The notes beneath the pieces were generated by a model that saw only the letters and a program-made list of their open reading frames with translations, was not told the DNA's origin and did no database searches. Below are positions 11,046-20,593 of a stretch of 64,000 nucleotides of DNA, in pieces (position 1 is the stretch's first letter; every line of letters starts with the position of its first letter). The position numbers were made by a program, and so were the translations under genes. This stretch comes from an uncultured bacterium. GTDB taxonomy: Bacteria > Joyebacterota > Joyebacteria > Joyebacterales > Joyebacteraceae. The stretch spans positions 1,195 to 65,194 of the forward strand of contig CAYNQF010000001.1 in assembly GCA_964399265.1 (NCBI GenBank), in the 5' to 3' direction.

Positions 11046-13028
11046 CTAGCCCTCCTCTTTCATGAGAATGACCTCACCCTTGACCGACCTTCCCGCCAGC
11101 CTGACCGCCTCTTTGAGCGCCTGGTAATCGGCGGGAGATATCTGGAACGAGTCGAGCGCCATCGTGCGGTCGTAGCGCACGGCCGGCGCCCCGTCGTTCT
11201 CGGAGGCGGGGAGGAACGAGTACTCCATCTTGAGGCCGATCGAGCCTTGCTGGAACTCGACGTCGTCCGGGAAGTTCCGGACCTTGAACCCTGCCGGTAT
11301 GTCGACGATACCCTCCTCCTCGACGCCCAGCGTCACGCCGAGCGCGATGGGGTACTTCCTCTCCTCGAGAGACACGAATCTGCCGAAGAGAATGCCCGAG
11401 AGTATGTCGAACTGGCCCGCCGCCGCCGGGACCCTGAACAGGCTGTATGGGTCGGCGTCCAGCATGTAGCCGTCGATCTCGTACGAGAAGTCGATCGTCA
11501 TCGGCTGATAGAGGTCCTCGTAGTCGGACACCGCGAAGTCGCTCATGACGGCGCCGGCGTAGAGCTGCTGCACCATGTTCTGCGCCATCATCTTCACCTG
11601 CTCGGGGCCCACCGAGCTTGCGATCGTGCGGAGGATCTCCTCGTACATGCCGCGCCCCGTGATCTTGACGCTCCCCTTGAGCGTCCCGTTGGCCGCGAGC
11701 GTCGAACGGTCGGTGATGACGCCGGAGTTCTCCGACGCCGGCACGTGCGGTGCCTGCTGGATGTCCTCGCCCTTCTCCGTGGCGATGAGCACCCACCTGT
11801 CACCCACGTAGGAGGCGTAGACCGAACGGCTCATCTCCATCGTCGGGTCGATGAACTTGTACGAGCCGTCGTCGCCTTTGATGGCCACGATGCCGTGTTC
11901 GAAGTAGACGGTCGGAATCTCCGTGTCGGTCTTCCTGCTCGGGTTGATGAAGACGACCCAGGCCGGGACGCCTATCTCCTTGAGCATCGTCACCATGAGG
12001 ACCGCTTTGTCCCTGCAGACGCCGTACTCCTTCTCGAGCGTGTACGCGGCGAAGTGCGGCTCGAGGAACATGCTGCGGTCCATCGCTATCCCCAGGTACC
12101 GCACGTTCTTGATGATCCAGTAATGGATCGCCTGGATCTTGTCTTCCTTCGTCTCGAGCCCGTCCGTCACCTCCGCCACAACGTCCCTGATCGAGTCCTC
12201 GACCACGCACTTGTCGTTCGAGATCTCCCACGCGTAGCGGGAGAGCTCCTCCCAGCTCTGGACCGTCGAGACGATGACTCGCGTGGCGACCTGCGCCATC
12301 GGGGCCATGCCGACCTCTGGCTCGATCTTGGGAGCGTTCTTGCGCGTCCACGTGTAGATCTTGTAGTCGCCCTCGGTCTTCTCCGAGAACTCGGCGTCAC
12401 CGTCCTTCACGATGTGCTTGAGGGGCATGTCCGCGGGGCCCTTGACGGTCACGGTCACGTCGATCATGGGCTCCGTGTACTGCATGAAGTACATGCCGTT
12501 GAAATTGTTGTCCAGGAGCGGCTCGTACTTCTCGTGGACCAGCGTCTCGACCGCGTCTCCGACCTCGAGGCCGGGGAAGACGATCGTCTTCTCGCGGAAG
12601 TCGGTCTCGTAGATATCCATGGCGGCGATGGCGGGAGGCGTGCCGTCGGTGATGAGGTCGTCGCCCACCACGATCTCAGTGCCGTCGACCTTGATGACCC
12701 GGGCCAGGATGACGTCCACGGTCCCGTACCGTCTGTGGTAGTTGAACGAAGCGTCGGCGTTTCTGTCGATGCCCTCTTCGGTCAGGATCTTGGTGAGGGA
12801 GTGTGAGTACTGCTCGTAGGCGCCGGACTCGTCGAACTCGACGTCGGTCTGGTCGAGCACCACGACGGAGTTGGCGTTCGGGTTGTCCTCCGCCTCCCCG
12901 GCCGCCGCCAGCAGCTCCAGGGCGTCGTCGAGCGCAAGCGGCTCGAGCGCCGCACCTGCCGCCTGGGCGAGCAGCGAGACGGCCAGAAGGGCCACCAAGC
13001 CCGCCAGACAGCGCATTCGGATACGCAT
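11046..13028 (-). CDS. secreted DUF3857/transglutaminase-like cysteine protease family protein with intact Cys-His-Asp triad
   Basis: Core GVCRDKAVLMVTMLKEIGVPA ... FEHGIVAI ... YKFIDPT. Signal peptide after ATG 13028, with an AAGGAG RBS 6 nt upstream. The longer ORF to 13109 is probably an over-extension. Confidence 0.7.
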   Translation of the reverse strand: MRIRMRCLAGLVALLAVSLLAQAAGAALEPLALDDALELLAAAGEAEDNPNANSVVVLDQTDVEFDESGAYEQYSHSLTKILTEEGIDRNADASFNYHRRYGTVDVILARVIKVDGTEIVVGDDLITDGTPPAIAAMDIYETDFREKTIVFPGLEVGDAVETLVHEKYEPLLDNNFNGMYFMQYTEPMIDVTVTVKGPADMPLKHIVKDGDAEFSEKTEGDYKIYTWTRKNAPKIEPEVGMAPMAQVATRVIVSTVQSWEELSRYAWEISNDKCVVEDSIRDVVAEVTDGLETKEDKIQAIHYWIIKNVRYLGIAMDRSMFLEPHFAAYTLEKEYGVCRDKAVLMVTMLKEIGVPAWVVFINPSRKTDTEIPTVYFEHGIVAIKGDDGSYKFIDPTMEMSRSVYASYVGDRWVLIATEKGEDIQQAPHVPASENSGVITDRSTLAANGTLKGSVKITGRGMYEEILRTIASSVGPEQVKMMAQNMVQQLYAGAVMSDFAVSDYEDLYQPMTIDFSYEIDGYMLDADPYSLFRVPAAAGQFDILSGILFGRFVSLEERKYPIALGVTLGVEEEGIVDIPAGFKVRNFPDDVEFQQGSIGLKMEYSFLPASENDGAPAVRYDRTMALDSFQISPADYQALKEAVRLAGRSVKGEVILMKEEG

Positions 13029-13305
13029 TTCCGCTCCTTTCATAAGAAAGCTCGGGTAATCGAGGATACTTCGATTGTTACAAACGCATAACAGGACACG
13101 ATTATGCACGCTACCGCTCCGACGGGCAAGTGGAGGCTCCGAGGCCCGGGCGAAGGCCCTTCAAGGTCTGCGCCGCGGGCCCTCACGCGCACACCTGAGG
13201 AAACCGGGGCGGTCGTCTTTCATGTGGGACGACGTCCTGTTATAGCATGCCCCGCGACGCGGGGCGGTCGGCCCCCGGCCGGGGACCGGCGAACCAGGAG
13301 GAACG

Positions 13306-14706
13306 ATGTCTGACAGGATGCTCACTCACTTCCGACGCGCTCACTTGGGGCATGTCGCAGCCGTCGTGGCGGTCGCGTTCATGGTGGGGCCGTTCGTCCT
13401 CACGTGCGTGGCGCAGGACGAGGCCGCTCCAGCGGCGCAGGGCGGGTACGACGTTCCGGTCCCGGCCTGGGTCGCGGGCGTGGCGACCGACCTCAAGCAG
13501 GAGTTCGTGATGGGCCTCGCCAGGCAGGCCGTCGAGATGGCGGAGTCGAGCGCGACCGAGGAGGTCAAGCTCCTCACCGATTCGTCCGACGGCATGGTTG
13601 CGGCCGCCAACAAGGTCGACGATACGATGAGTACGATCGGGACGATCGACTCCTCGTTCGGCATCCCCGGCATCTCGAGACTCGTGACCGCCGAGGGCGC
13701 CGTGCGCGACACGCTCTTCGGGTTCGTCGTGTGGCACGAGTCGGCCGCCGGGGAGAGCCGCGATATCGCTACGAACCTCGAGGCGGCGGTCGACAGGATG
13801 AAGGAACTGAGCCTCGCCGCCAGGTCGAACGCCCGCAAGCTCGCGGACAACGCCGCCGACGTGAGGGCCGCGCTGGCCTCCGAGGACTATGCGGGCATCG
13901 CGTCGTCGTCCGGTGTCGTCACGGAGGCCACGGACCAGCTCGGGCTCATCGCCGACGAGGCGGAGCAGGTCTCCGGAAGAATAGAGGAGATCGTCTGGAA
14001 GGTGCAGGACGGCGGAGGCTCGCCACTCGAGACAGAGTGGCAGCAGGTGCTCCTTGCCGTCAGCGACACGCGCCGGCTGGCGTCGAAGATCAGGCCCGCC
14101 CTGACGTCGCTGAGGGAGGGGAGTGGCGCGTCCGAAGCGCTCTCGGCGGCCCTGCAGGGCATGGTTGAGTCGATAGTCATCATGGACCGGGCCGTGGCGG
14201 ACGAGAGCGGTTCATTCCATTACCCGTCATCGCTCTTCGAGAGGGACGTGGACGTGGTGACGGCCCTCGAGAGGAGCGTGTCCGATAGCGACGGGACGGC
14301 TTTCCCGGAGGAGACCGCCTCTTCGATCCAGTGGCTCCTGGCCAAGGTCGCCATGGCCGAGCGCGCGCTCGCCGAGCGGGCCGTGGAGTACACGTCGACC
14401 CAGGTCGGCCGTGCCATGGACCGGCTCGAGGACAACTACAAGCGGGCCAGCGGCTTCGACAAGTCCTTGAGCGGCCGCGAGCGGATCGAGGCCTACGAGC
14501 CCGTCGACGCGGCCATGAGAGGCAACGCGGACCTGCAGGCGGCGCGCACCGCCGTCCGTGAGGCGCGGGTCACGCTCGACGCCGGCAAGTCCGATGAGTC
14601 CGCGGGCGCCGGTTCCCTGGGTTCTGCTCTTGAGAACTACCGTGATGCTTGGGTACACTCGATGACGGCGGGAGCCTCCGCCGTGAGATCGATGAAGTCC
14701 CTCTAG
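13306..14706 (+). CDS. hypothetical Ala-rich alpha-helical protein with N-terminal signal anchor
   Basis: AGGAGGAA RBS then ATG 13306. One N-terminal hydrophobic segment. The remainder is a low-complexity helical/coiled-coil-like sequence with no recognised domain. Confidence 0.5.
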   Translation: MSDRMLTHFRRAHLGHVAAVVAVAFMVGPFVLTCVAQDEAAPAAQGGYDVPVPAWVAGVATDLKQEFVMGLARQAVEMAESSATEEVKLLTDSSDGMVAAANKVDDTMSTIGTIDSSFGIPGISRLVTAEGAVRDTLFGFVVWHESAAGESRDIATNLEAAVDRMKELSLAARSNARKLADNAADVRAALASEDYAGIASSSGVVTEATDQLGLIADEAEQVSGRIEEIVWKVQDGGGSPLETEWQQVLLAVSDTRRLASKIRPALTSLREGSGASEALSAALQGMVESIVIMDRAVADESGSFHYPSSLFERDVDVVTALERSVSDSDGTAFPEETASSIQWLLAKVAMAERALAERAVEYTSTQVGRAMDRLEDNYKRASGFDKSLSGRERIEAYEPVDAAMRGNADLQAARTAVREARVTLDAGKSDESAGAGSLGSALENYRDAWVHSMTAGASAVRSMKSL

Positions 14707-14742
14707 GGCATACGGTAGCAGGGGCAGAGCTGGGGGAACACA

Positions 14743-15444
14743 ATGGTGCGTGGGGTCTTCTTCGACGCCGGCAACACGATCGTCTTCCCCGACTACGATA
14801 TCTATGTCGACATCGCGCGCTCTCTCGGGCGCGCGGTGTCGCATGAGCAGGTGGTCGACGCGGAGGCACGCGCGCGCGCCTCATTCGACAGGGCCGTGGC
14901 CGGGTCGAGCGGCGACGGCGTCTACGGCTTCTGGCCCGTCTACTACACGCCTTTCTACGAGCGCCTGGGGCTCACGGGAGCGCAGGTCGAGCGCGCCATC
15001 GAAATGACGCGCAGGGCCAACGACGAGGGGTTCGGCATCTGGCGGGTCCCTGTCGACGGGCTCGAGGAGACGGTGGACGCTCTCGTACGTCGCGGGCTCA
15101 GCGTGGGGATCATATCCAACTCGGACGGCAGGCTGGAAGCGCGGCTCGAAGGTATCGGTATACGCGATCTCTTCGACTTCGTGATAGACTCGGCCGTCGT
15201 GGGCGTCAGCAAACCGGCGTCAGCGATCTTCGGCCTCGCGGTCGAGGCGAGCGGCGTCCCCGCGGGGCAGGCGGTCTACGTCGGCGACTACTACGAAGTC
15301 GACGTAGTGGGCGCCAGGGGCGTCGGCATGACTCCGGTGCTGTTCGATCCGGTCGGCGCCTACCACGATGTCGACTGCGATACCATCGCCAGATTCGGCG
15401 ACATAGTGGGACTCGTGGACGGATGGAGGGGGGAGGGACGTTGA
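14743..15444 (+). CDS. HAD-superfamily hydrolase
   Basis: Motif I FFDAGNTIV, motif III GIISNSDGR, motif IV VYVGDYYEVDVVGA. Confidence 0.7.
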   Translation: MVRGVFFDAGNTIVFPDYDIYVDIARSLGRAVSHEQVVDAEARARASFDRAVAGSSGDGVYGFWPVYYTPFYERLGLTGAQVERAIEMTRRANDEGFGIWRVPVDGLEETVDALVRRGLSVGIISNSDGRLEARLEGIGIRDLFDFVIDSAVVGVSKPASAIFGLAVEASGVPAGQAVYVGDYYEVDVVGARGVGMTPVLFDPVGAYHDVDCDTIARFGDIVGLVDGWRGEGR

Positions 15445-16154
15445 GACAGCGGGAGATCACACACTCGGCGGCGCTGTTGATGGTCGGCATCGGCGGGGCG
15501 GCGCTGGCCTCGGCGCTGGTCGGCCAGGTCATCCCAGGCGTGCCCAGGCCCGCGCAGATCGTGATCCGGTTGTTCGTCCTCTACCTCGCCATCGTGGTGC
15601 ACGAGGTGTCGCACGGGTACGTGGCCAGCCTCCGCGGCGACCCGACGGCCAAGTCCATGGGGCGTCTGACGCTCAACCCCATCCCTCATATAGACATCTT
15701 CGGCAGCATAATCATTCCCGGCTTCCTCATCATCACCGGTTCGAACTTCGTGATCGGCTGGGCGAAGCCTGTTCCGATCGACATCAGGCGGTTCCGCGAG
15801 CCCCTGAAGGACTTCGCGATCACATCGCTTGCCGGTCCCGGCTCCAACTTCCTGCAGGTCATTGTCTACGCGCTCCTGTTCCGGTTCCTGGCTCCCAGCC
15901 TTCCGAACTGGTTCGGATTCCTCACCTTCTCAGGCGCGGCCATCAACCTGTTCCTCGGGTTCTTCAATCTGATTCCCATTCCGCCGCTCGACGGCTCGAG
16001 GCTCGTGGCCGCGGCGCTTCCAACGAATCTCGCCGTCCAGTATCTCTCCATTGAGCGGTTCGGGTTCATCATCGTCTTCGGGCTTCTGTGGCTCGGGGTC
16101 TTCAACCCGATCTTCTCGGTCATCTGGAGCCTGCTGCTCAGGATTCTCGGCTAG
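15423..16154 (+). CDS. M50-like (SpoIVFB/COG1994-type) integral-membrane zinc metalloprotease
   Basis: HEVSHG (HExxH) within a transmembrane segment; multi-TM. The start is ambiguous: ATG 15423 overlaps the upstream gene by 22 nt, and an alternative TTG lies at 15441. Confidence 0.6.
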   Translation: MEGGGTLRQREITHSAALLMVGIGGAALASALVGQVIPGVPRPAQIVIRLFVLYLAIVVHEVSHGYVASLRGDPTAKSMGRLTLNPIPHIDIFGSIIIPGFLIITGSNFVIGWAKPVPIDIRRFREPLKDFAITSLAGPGSNFLQVIVYALLFRFLAPSLPNWFGFLTFSGAAINLFLGFFNLIPIPPLDGSRLVAAALPTNLAVQYLSIERFGFIIVFGLLWLGVFNPIFSVIWSLLLRILG

Positions 16155-16186
16155 ACCTCATCGCTCAGCCTGTTTCCGACTCATGT

Positions 16187-16207
16187 TCGCGCGCTGTCGA
16201 CGCGCGA
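16187..16207 (+). terminator. stem-loop TCGCGCG-CTGTCGA-CGCGCGA downstream of the M50 gene
   Basis: 7-bp perfect inverted repeat with no U-tract; putative terminator only. Confidence 0.3.
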
Positions 16208-16423
16208 GAAAGTGCCCGACGTCCGGGCTCACCGGAGCGCGCCGTCCGGCACGTTCATTCTGAGTCCCGGCGGAACCTCGTCGCAGGTCCCGCATCTTAA
16301 TACATGGCACAGAAGAAGGCGCAGGGGCCTGCGAGCCCATTACACAACCTGGTGTGCGCGCATCATGCCTCGGGCTCGCGGGTTCCCTGAACCGAAGGCT
16401 GACGCACAAGGAGTGAGGCGAGG

Positions 16424-16663
16424 ATGAAGAGCGAGCAGGCAGCAGCCAGTCTGGACATGACGGGTTACTTCTGCCCCGAACCGGTCGTCCGTACGAACGA
16501 GGAGATTTCGAACGTCGGAGTCGGCGAGATCCTCGAAGTTACGGCGGACGACCCTTCATCCAAGCCGGACATCGAGAGTTGGGCCAGGAGAACGGGCCAC
16601 GAGCTGGTTTCGGTCGAGAACGATGACGGCGTGTTCAGGTTCCTGATCCGTCGGACGAAATAG
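16424..16663 (+). CDS. tusA: TusA-family sulfurtransferase (CPxP motif)
   Basis: YFCPEPVV motif. 79 aa with a two-layer alpha/beta pattern typical of TusA/SirA. Confidence 0.8.
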   Translation: MKSEQAAASLDMTGYFCPEPVVRTNEEISNVGVGEILEVTADDPSSKPDIESWARRTGHELVSVENDDGVFRFLIRRTK

Positions 16664-16843
16664 AGATATCGGTATACGCGTTTGCTATGGTGGGGGCGCA
16701 ATGTCCGAGATCGACCTGCGGCAGTTCGGGGGACACCGCTAAGTCGTGACCGGTGCGCCCCACTGTAGCGCTATGGGGCCGCGTACGGCGCCGCGACGAC
16801 AGACGAGAGCGCGCCCGCGCGGGAGCAGATTGGAGGAATGACA

Positions 16844-17212
16844 ATGGCCGAACGCAAGCGTATGCTCTACGTCCAGGCGTCGGGTATAGACACGCCCACG
16901 AGGCTCTACTCGCCGGTCGTGCTGGCCACGGTCGCGAAGTCGATGGACATGGACGCGACGGTCTACTTCCTGGGCCAGGGCATCACGGTCGTCAAGGCGG
17001 GGGAGGCCGACAAGATCAAGATCGGCGACTTTCCTGTCCTGTCGGATGTGATTGCCCGGGCCATGAAGGCGGGCGTGGAGTTCAAGGTGTGCGACCAGAG
17101 TTCCAGGCTGATGGGTCTCTCGAGCGGAGACTACATCGACGGCGTCGAGATAGTCGGTGCGGCCACGCTGAACGACCTGACGCTCGACGCTGACGGCGTG
17201 CTCTGCTTCTAG
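16844..17212 (+). CDS. DsrE/DsrF-like sulfur-relay family protein
   Basis: ~120 aa with the DsrE-like pattern (VYFLGQGITVV ... conserved Cys in FKVCDQS). ATG 16844 sits 6 nt after GGAGGA; ATG 16838 is too close to the RBS. Confidence 0.65.
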   Translation: MAERKRMLYVQASGIDTPTRLYSPVVLATVAKSMDMDATVYFLGQGITVVKAGEADKIKIGDFPVLSDVIARAMKAGVEFKVCDQSSRLMGLSSGDYIDGVEIVGAATLNDLTLDADGVLCF

Positions 17213-17247
17213 CTCGTGCATCAGCATTCAAGACGGAGGTCGTCCCC

Positions 17248-18444
17248 GTGTTCAAGGGTTTCCTCGACTATCAGTCCGGCTCGCCCGTCGACCCGCGGGT
17301 CGTCGAGGCGATGCTCCCGTACATGACCGAGCGCCATGGCAATCCCGCCATGCTTCACTCAGTCGGTGACATGAGTCGCCAGGCCGTGGAGGCCGCGCGC
17401 GCTCAGGTCGCCTCTTTCATATCGGCAGACCCCACGGAGATCTGCTTCACGTCAGGCGCCACTGAGGCCAACAACATGGCCCTGAAGGGCGCCGCCCTCA
17501 GGCTGCGCAAGAAGGGCAATCACATCGTCTCGAGCGTCATCGAACATCGCTCGATCATCACTCCTCTCAAGTACCTCCAGCGCGAGGGATTCGAGGTGAC
17601 GTCCGTGCCGGTCGACCGCGACGCGTTCGTCGACCCGGCGGCCGTCAGGGACGCGATTCGCGACGACACGATCCTGGTCTCGATCGGCATGGCCAACAAC
17701 GAGGTCGGAACGATTCAGGCCGCGGGCGAGATCGCGTCGATAGCACGCGAAAAGGGCGTGTTGTTCCACACCGACGCCGTTGCCGCAGAGGCGTGGATCC
17801 CGATCGACGTCAAGACGCTCCCGTTCGACCTCGTCACGCTTTCCTCCAACGATGTGTACGGACCCAAGGGCATGGGCGCACTCTATATAAGGAAGGGCAC
17901 GCGCATCGAGGCCATGATCCACGGCGGGGGGCAGGAGAGCGGGCTTCGCTCGGGCAGCGAGAACGTGCCGGGCATCGTCGGTTTCGGGAAGGCGGCCGAG
18001 CTGGCCGCGGCCGAGATGGAGTCGGACGTCGATAGGGTCAGGCCGATGCGGGACCGGTTGATCGACGAACTCCTGAAGATAGAGGACACGACGCTCAACG
18101 GGCCGCGCGAACGCAGACTTCCGGGGAACGCAAACATCCGGTTCGCCTACATTGAGGGAGAAGGATTGGTCCTCTTGCTCGACATGGAGGGCATCCAGGT
18201 AGCGAGCGGATCCGCGTGCTCGACGAAGACGCTGGAGCCCTCCTACGTCCAGATCGCGATGGGCATCAGGCACGAGCAGGCGCATGGCTCGCTCGAGTTC
18301 TCGCTCGGCCGCTGGACGACCGACGAGGACATAGACATGGTCCTGCAGGCGCTGCCGTCCATCGTGGACCGCTTGAGAAAGATGTCGGCGTTTAGGCCGG
18401 GCATGGAGTACGATAAGGACGAGTTCCGGAAGCACGAGCACTAG
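17248..18444 (+). CDS. IscS/NifS-like class-V aminotransferase-fold protein lacking the PLP-binding lysine (SSND in place of SGHK); catalytic-loop Cys retained (SGSACS)
   Basis: Collinear with IscS along its whole length. At the Schiff-base position the sequence reads DLVTLSSNDVYGPKGMGALY versus the canonical SFSGHKIYGPKG. GTG start with a GGAGG RBS. Confidence 0.8.
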   Translation: MFKGFLDYQSGSPVDPRVVEAMLPYMTERHGNPAMLHSVGDMSRQAVEAARAQVASFISADPTEICFTSGATEANNMALKGAALRLRKKGNHIVSSVIEHRSIITPLKYLQREGFEVTSVPVDRDAFVDPAAVRDAIRDDTILVSIGMANNEVGTIQAAGEIASIAREKGVLFHTDAVAAEAWIPIDVKTLPFDLVTLSSNDVYGPKGMGALYIRKGTRIEAMIHGGGQESGLRSGSENVPGIVGFGKAAELAAAEMESDVDRVRPMRDRLIDELLKIEDTTLNGPRERRLPGNANIRFAYIEGEGLVLLLDMEGIQVASGSACSTKTLEPSYVQIAMGIRHEQAHGSLEFSLGRWTTDEDIDMVLQALPSIVDRLRKMSAFRPGMEYDKDEFRKHEH

Positions 18445-18504
18445 GGGAAGCTCCAGGGCGTCTGCAGCACAGCGTCCCCCGGGTTGTGGCCCAGGAGGTA
18501 GATC

Positions 18505-18897
18505 ATGAACGAGGTTACCCCGAGCGTTCCGCCGCAGTCGGGCGGAGATGTTCAGTTCGTGCGTGAAGTGAGCGCGCCGCTCTATGCGGCCAGGGGCTGG
18601 ATGAAGCTCGTCGGCGTGCTCATGATCATCTATGGCGCGCTGATGGCCCTGACCATCGTCGGGATCATCGTGTGCTGGCTGCCGATCTGGATCGGCGTCC
18701 TGCTGCTGCGTGCCGCCAGCTCGGCAGAGATGGCACAGGTCTCCGGAGACAAGTTCCAGCTCGTCGAGTCGATGACGAAGCTCAAGACGTACTTCACCAT
18801 CTACGGCATTCTCGCCCTCGTCGGGCTGATCGCGGCCGCCATCGCTCTCATGGTGGGCGGGCTGGGCGCCATTACCGAGCTCATCCTGAACCGCTGA
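18505..18897 (+). CDS. small polytopic membrane protein (DUF-type, unknown function)
   Basis: GGAGG RBS then ATG; 3-4 predicted TM helices. A strong terminator follows the gene. Confidence 0.55.
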   Translation: MNEVTPSVPPQSGGDVQFVREVSAPLYAARGWMKLVGVLMIIYGALMALTIVGIIVCWLPIWIGVLLLRAASSAEMAQVSGDKFQLVESMTKLKTYFTIYGILALVGLIAAAIALMVGGLGAITELILNR

Positions 18898-18926
18898 CCG
18901 TACATGTGAGACGAGTTCGTCTTTGG

Positions 18927-18959
18927 GGCCGCCGGCTCGCTTCCGGCGGCCCATTCTTC
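18927..18959 (+). terminator. rho-independent terminator: 10-bp stem GGGCCGCCGG / CCGGCGGCCC, 7-nt loop, T-rich tail
   Basis: Perfect inverted repeat at 18927-18936 / 18943-18952, followed by ATTCTTCTTGCATTT. Confidence 0.7.
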
Positions 18960-18988
18960 TTGCATTTGGCTTGGTCATTTGGTAAATT
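18960..18988 (+). promoter_or_regulatory. sigma70-like promoter TTGCAT-17-TAAATT for the ArsR operon, with palindrome TTGGCCAA (18987-18994) overlapping -10 as candidate operator
   Basis: Hexamers and spacing read from the sequence; located 25-55 nt upstream of the arsR-family start. Confidence 0.45.
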
Positions 18989-19018
18989 GGCCAAGTATAC
19001 CCAGAACGGAGGTTGCGG

Positions 19019-19378
19019 ATGAACGAGGGGATAAGGCAGCGATACGAGGCCAGGGCCGGCGTCATGAAGGCGCTTGCGCACCCCAGCCGGCTCTACATCG
19101 TGGACGAGCTGTCGAGGGGCGAGAGGTGCGTCCACGAGCTTACCGACGCCATCGGCTCGGACATGTCGACCGTGTCAAAGCACCTGGGTGTCCTCAGGAC
19201 GGCCGGGATCGTGCGAGACGAGAAGCGCGGTTCGGAGGTCTACTACTCGCTCCGAATGGCATGCGTGCTCGACTTCTTCGGGTGTCTGGAGGCGGTCATG
19301 AACGGTGGCGATGCGGTGTCGTGCGCGTCTGCGGCGCGCGAGCCCGCGTCGACGCCACGGGCCGGGAGGACGACGTGA
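19019..19378 (+). CDS. ArsR/SmtB-family metalloregulatory transcriptional repressor
   Basis: wHTH signature HPSRLYIVDELSRGERCVHEL...VSKHLGVL. GGAGG RBS 9 nt upstream of ATG 19019. Stop overlaps the next start (TGATG). Confidence 0.85.
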   Translation: MNEGIRQRYEARAGVMKALAHPSRLYIVDELSRGERCVHELTDAIGSDMSTVSKHLGVLRTAGIVRDEKRGSEVYYSLRMACVLDFFGCLEAVMNGGDAVSCASAAREPASTPRAGRTT

Positions 19379-19860
19379 TGGCATTGACTTCGAGGCCCAC
19401 GCGGGGCGCGGCGACCGCGCTTGGTTTCGTCCTTGTCGCACTCGTCGCTCTGGCGCTGCTCGTGGGCTGCGGTGACACGGAGAAGGCGGCCGAGACCTCG
19501 GCCAGCGCCGGGTCCGGCGAGGCGCCCGGGCCGGCGAACGCCGGAAAGGCGTCCGAGTCGAATGCCGAGACGGCCGCGCTTCCGACGCTCCTCGACCTCG
19601 GGTCCGACAAGTGCGTTCCGTGCAAGGCAATGATGCCGATCATCGCGGAGATGCACGACACCTTCGCGGGGAAGCTGTCCGTGGAGTTCATCGACGTATG
19701 GAAGGACAGGGAGGCCGGGCAGAAGTACGGGGTGAAGGTGATCCCGACGCAAATCTTCCTCGACGCCGACGGGAACGAACTCTTCCGTCACCAGGGCTTC
19801 TTCTCGAGAGACGACATTCTGGCAAAGTGGCGGGAGCTGGGCTACGACTTCGGGCGGTAG
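19378..19860 (+). CDS. thioredoxin-fold lipoprotein (CVPC active site)
   Basis: Lipobox LLVGCGD. CVPCK CxxC motif with the cis-Pro motif VIPTQIF. GGGAGGA RBS. Confidence 0.7.
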   Translation: MALTSRPTRGAATALGFVLVALVALALLVGCGDTEKAAETSASAGSGEAPGPANAGKASESNAETAALPTLLDLGSDKCVPCKAMMPIIAEMHDTFAGKLSVEFIDVWKDREAGQKYGVKVIPTQIFLDADGNELFRHQGFFSRDDILAKWRELGYDFGR

Positions 19861-19884
19861 TCCGGCGGACGCCGGAGGTGAGAA

Positions 19885-20583
19885 GTGGTTGAGCTCTTCT
19901 CGACACTGAGCAGAGCCGTTGAGGGCGCTCCGGCAGTGGCGCTCGCGGCGTCGCTCGCGTGGGGCGTCCTGAGCGTCGTCCTGTCGCCCTGTCATCTCGC
20001 GAGCATCCCTCTCATCGTCGGGTTCATAGACGGGCAGGGGCGCATCTCGACGCGGAGGGCGTTTGGGATATCGCTTCTGTTCTCCGTCGGGATCCTGGCC
20101 ACCATCGCCGCGATCGGTGTGGCCACCGCCGTGGCCGGCAGAATGATCGGAGACCTAGGCCGCTGGGCCAACTACGGTGTAGCGATCATCTTCTTCGCCG
20201 TCGGACTGCACCTGCTCGGCCTTATCCCGATGCCGTGGTCGGGCCCCGGGCGTGTCGGCATGAGGCGGAGGGGTGCGCTCGCCGCCTTCGTGCTGGGGCT
20301 CGTGTTCGGCGTCGCCCTGGGGCCGTGCACGTTCGCATATATGGCTCCGATGCTGGCCGTTACCCTGCGGGTTGCTGCGACGAGTCTCGCCTACGGAGCG
20401 CTCTTGCTACTGGCGTACGGCGTCGGGCACTGCTCTGTCATCGTCCTGGCGGGCACGTTCACGGAGGTCGTGCAGAGATACCTGAACTGGACGGAGCGGT
20501 CCAGAGGCGCCGTCGTGCTCAGGAAGGTGTGCGGAGCGCTCGTGATGGTGGGCGGGGTATACCTTCTCATTACGGCGCACTAG
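19885..20583 (+). CDS. ccdA: CcdA/DsbD-like transmembrane thiol:disulfide electron-transfer protein
   Basis: Six TM segments with conserved Cys in TM1 (VVLSPCHLASIP). GTG start with a GGAGGTG RBS. Confidence 0.7.
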   Translation: MVELFSTLSRAVEGAPAVALAASLAWGVLSVVLSPCHLASIPLIVGFIDGQGRISTRRAFGISLLFSVGILATIAAIGVATAVAGRMIGDLGRWANYGVAIIFFAVGLHLLGLIPMPWSGPGRVGMRRRGALAAFVLGLVFGVALGPCTFAYMAPMLAVTLRVAATSLAYGALLLLAYGVGHCSVIVLAGTFTEVVQRYLNWTERSRGAVVLRKVCGALVMVGGVYLLITAH

Positions 20584-20593
20584 GGAGAGTCGC

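Noticed and set aside
11247-12806. 519-aa + strand ORF
   Set aside because: Antisense to the transglutaminase-like gene, with low-complexity Arg/Asp/Leu/Val composition and no motif. Shadow ORF.
17452-19065. 537-aa minus-strand ORF
   Set aside because: It spans the IscS-like gene, the membrane-protein gene and even the terminator/promoter. Arg/Pro-rich shadow ORF.
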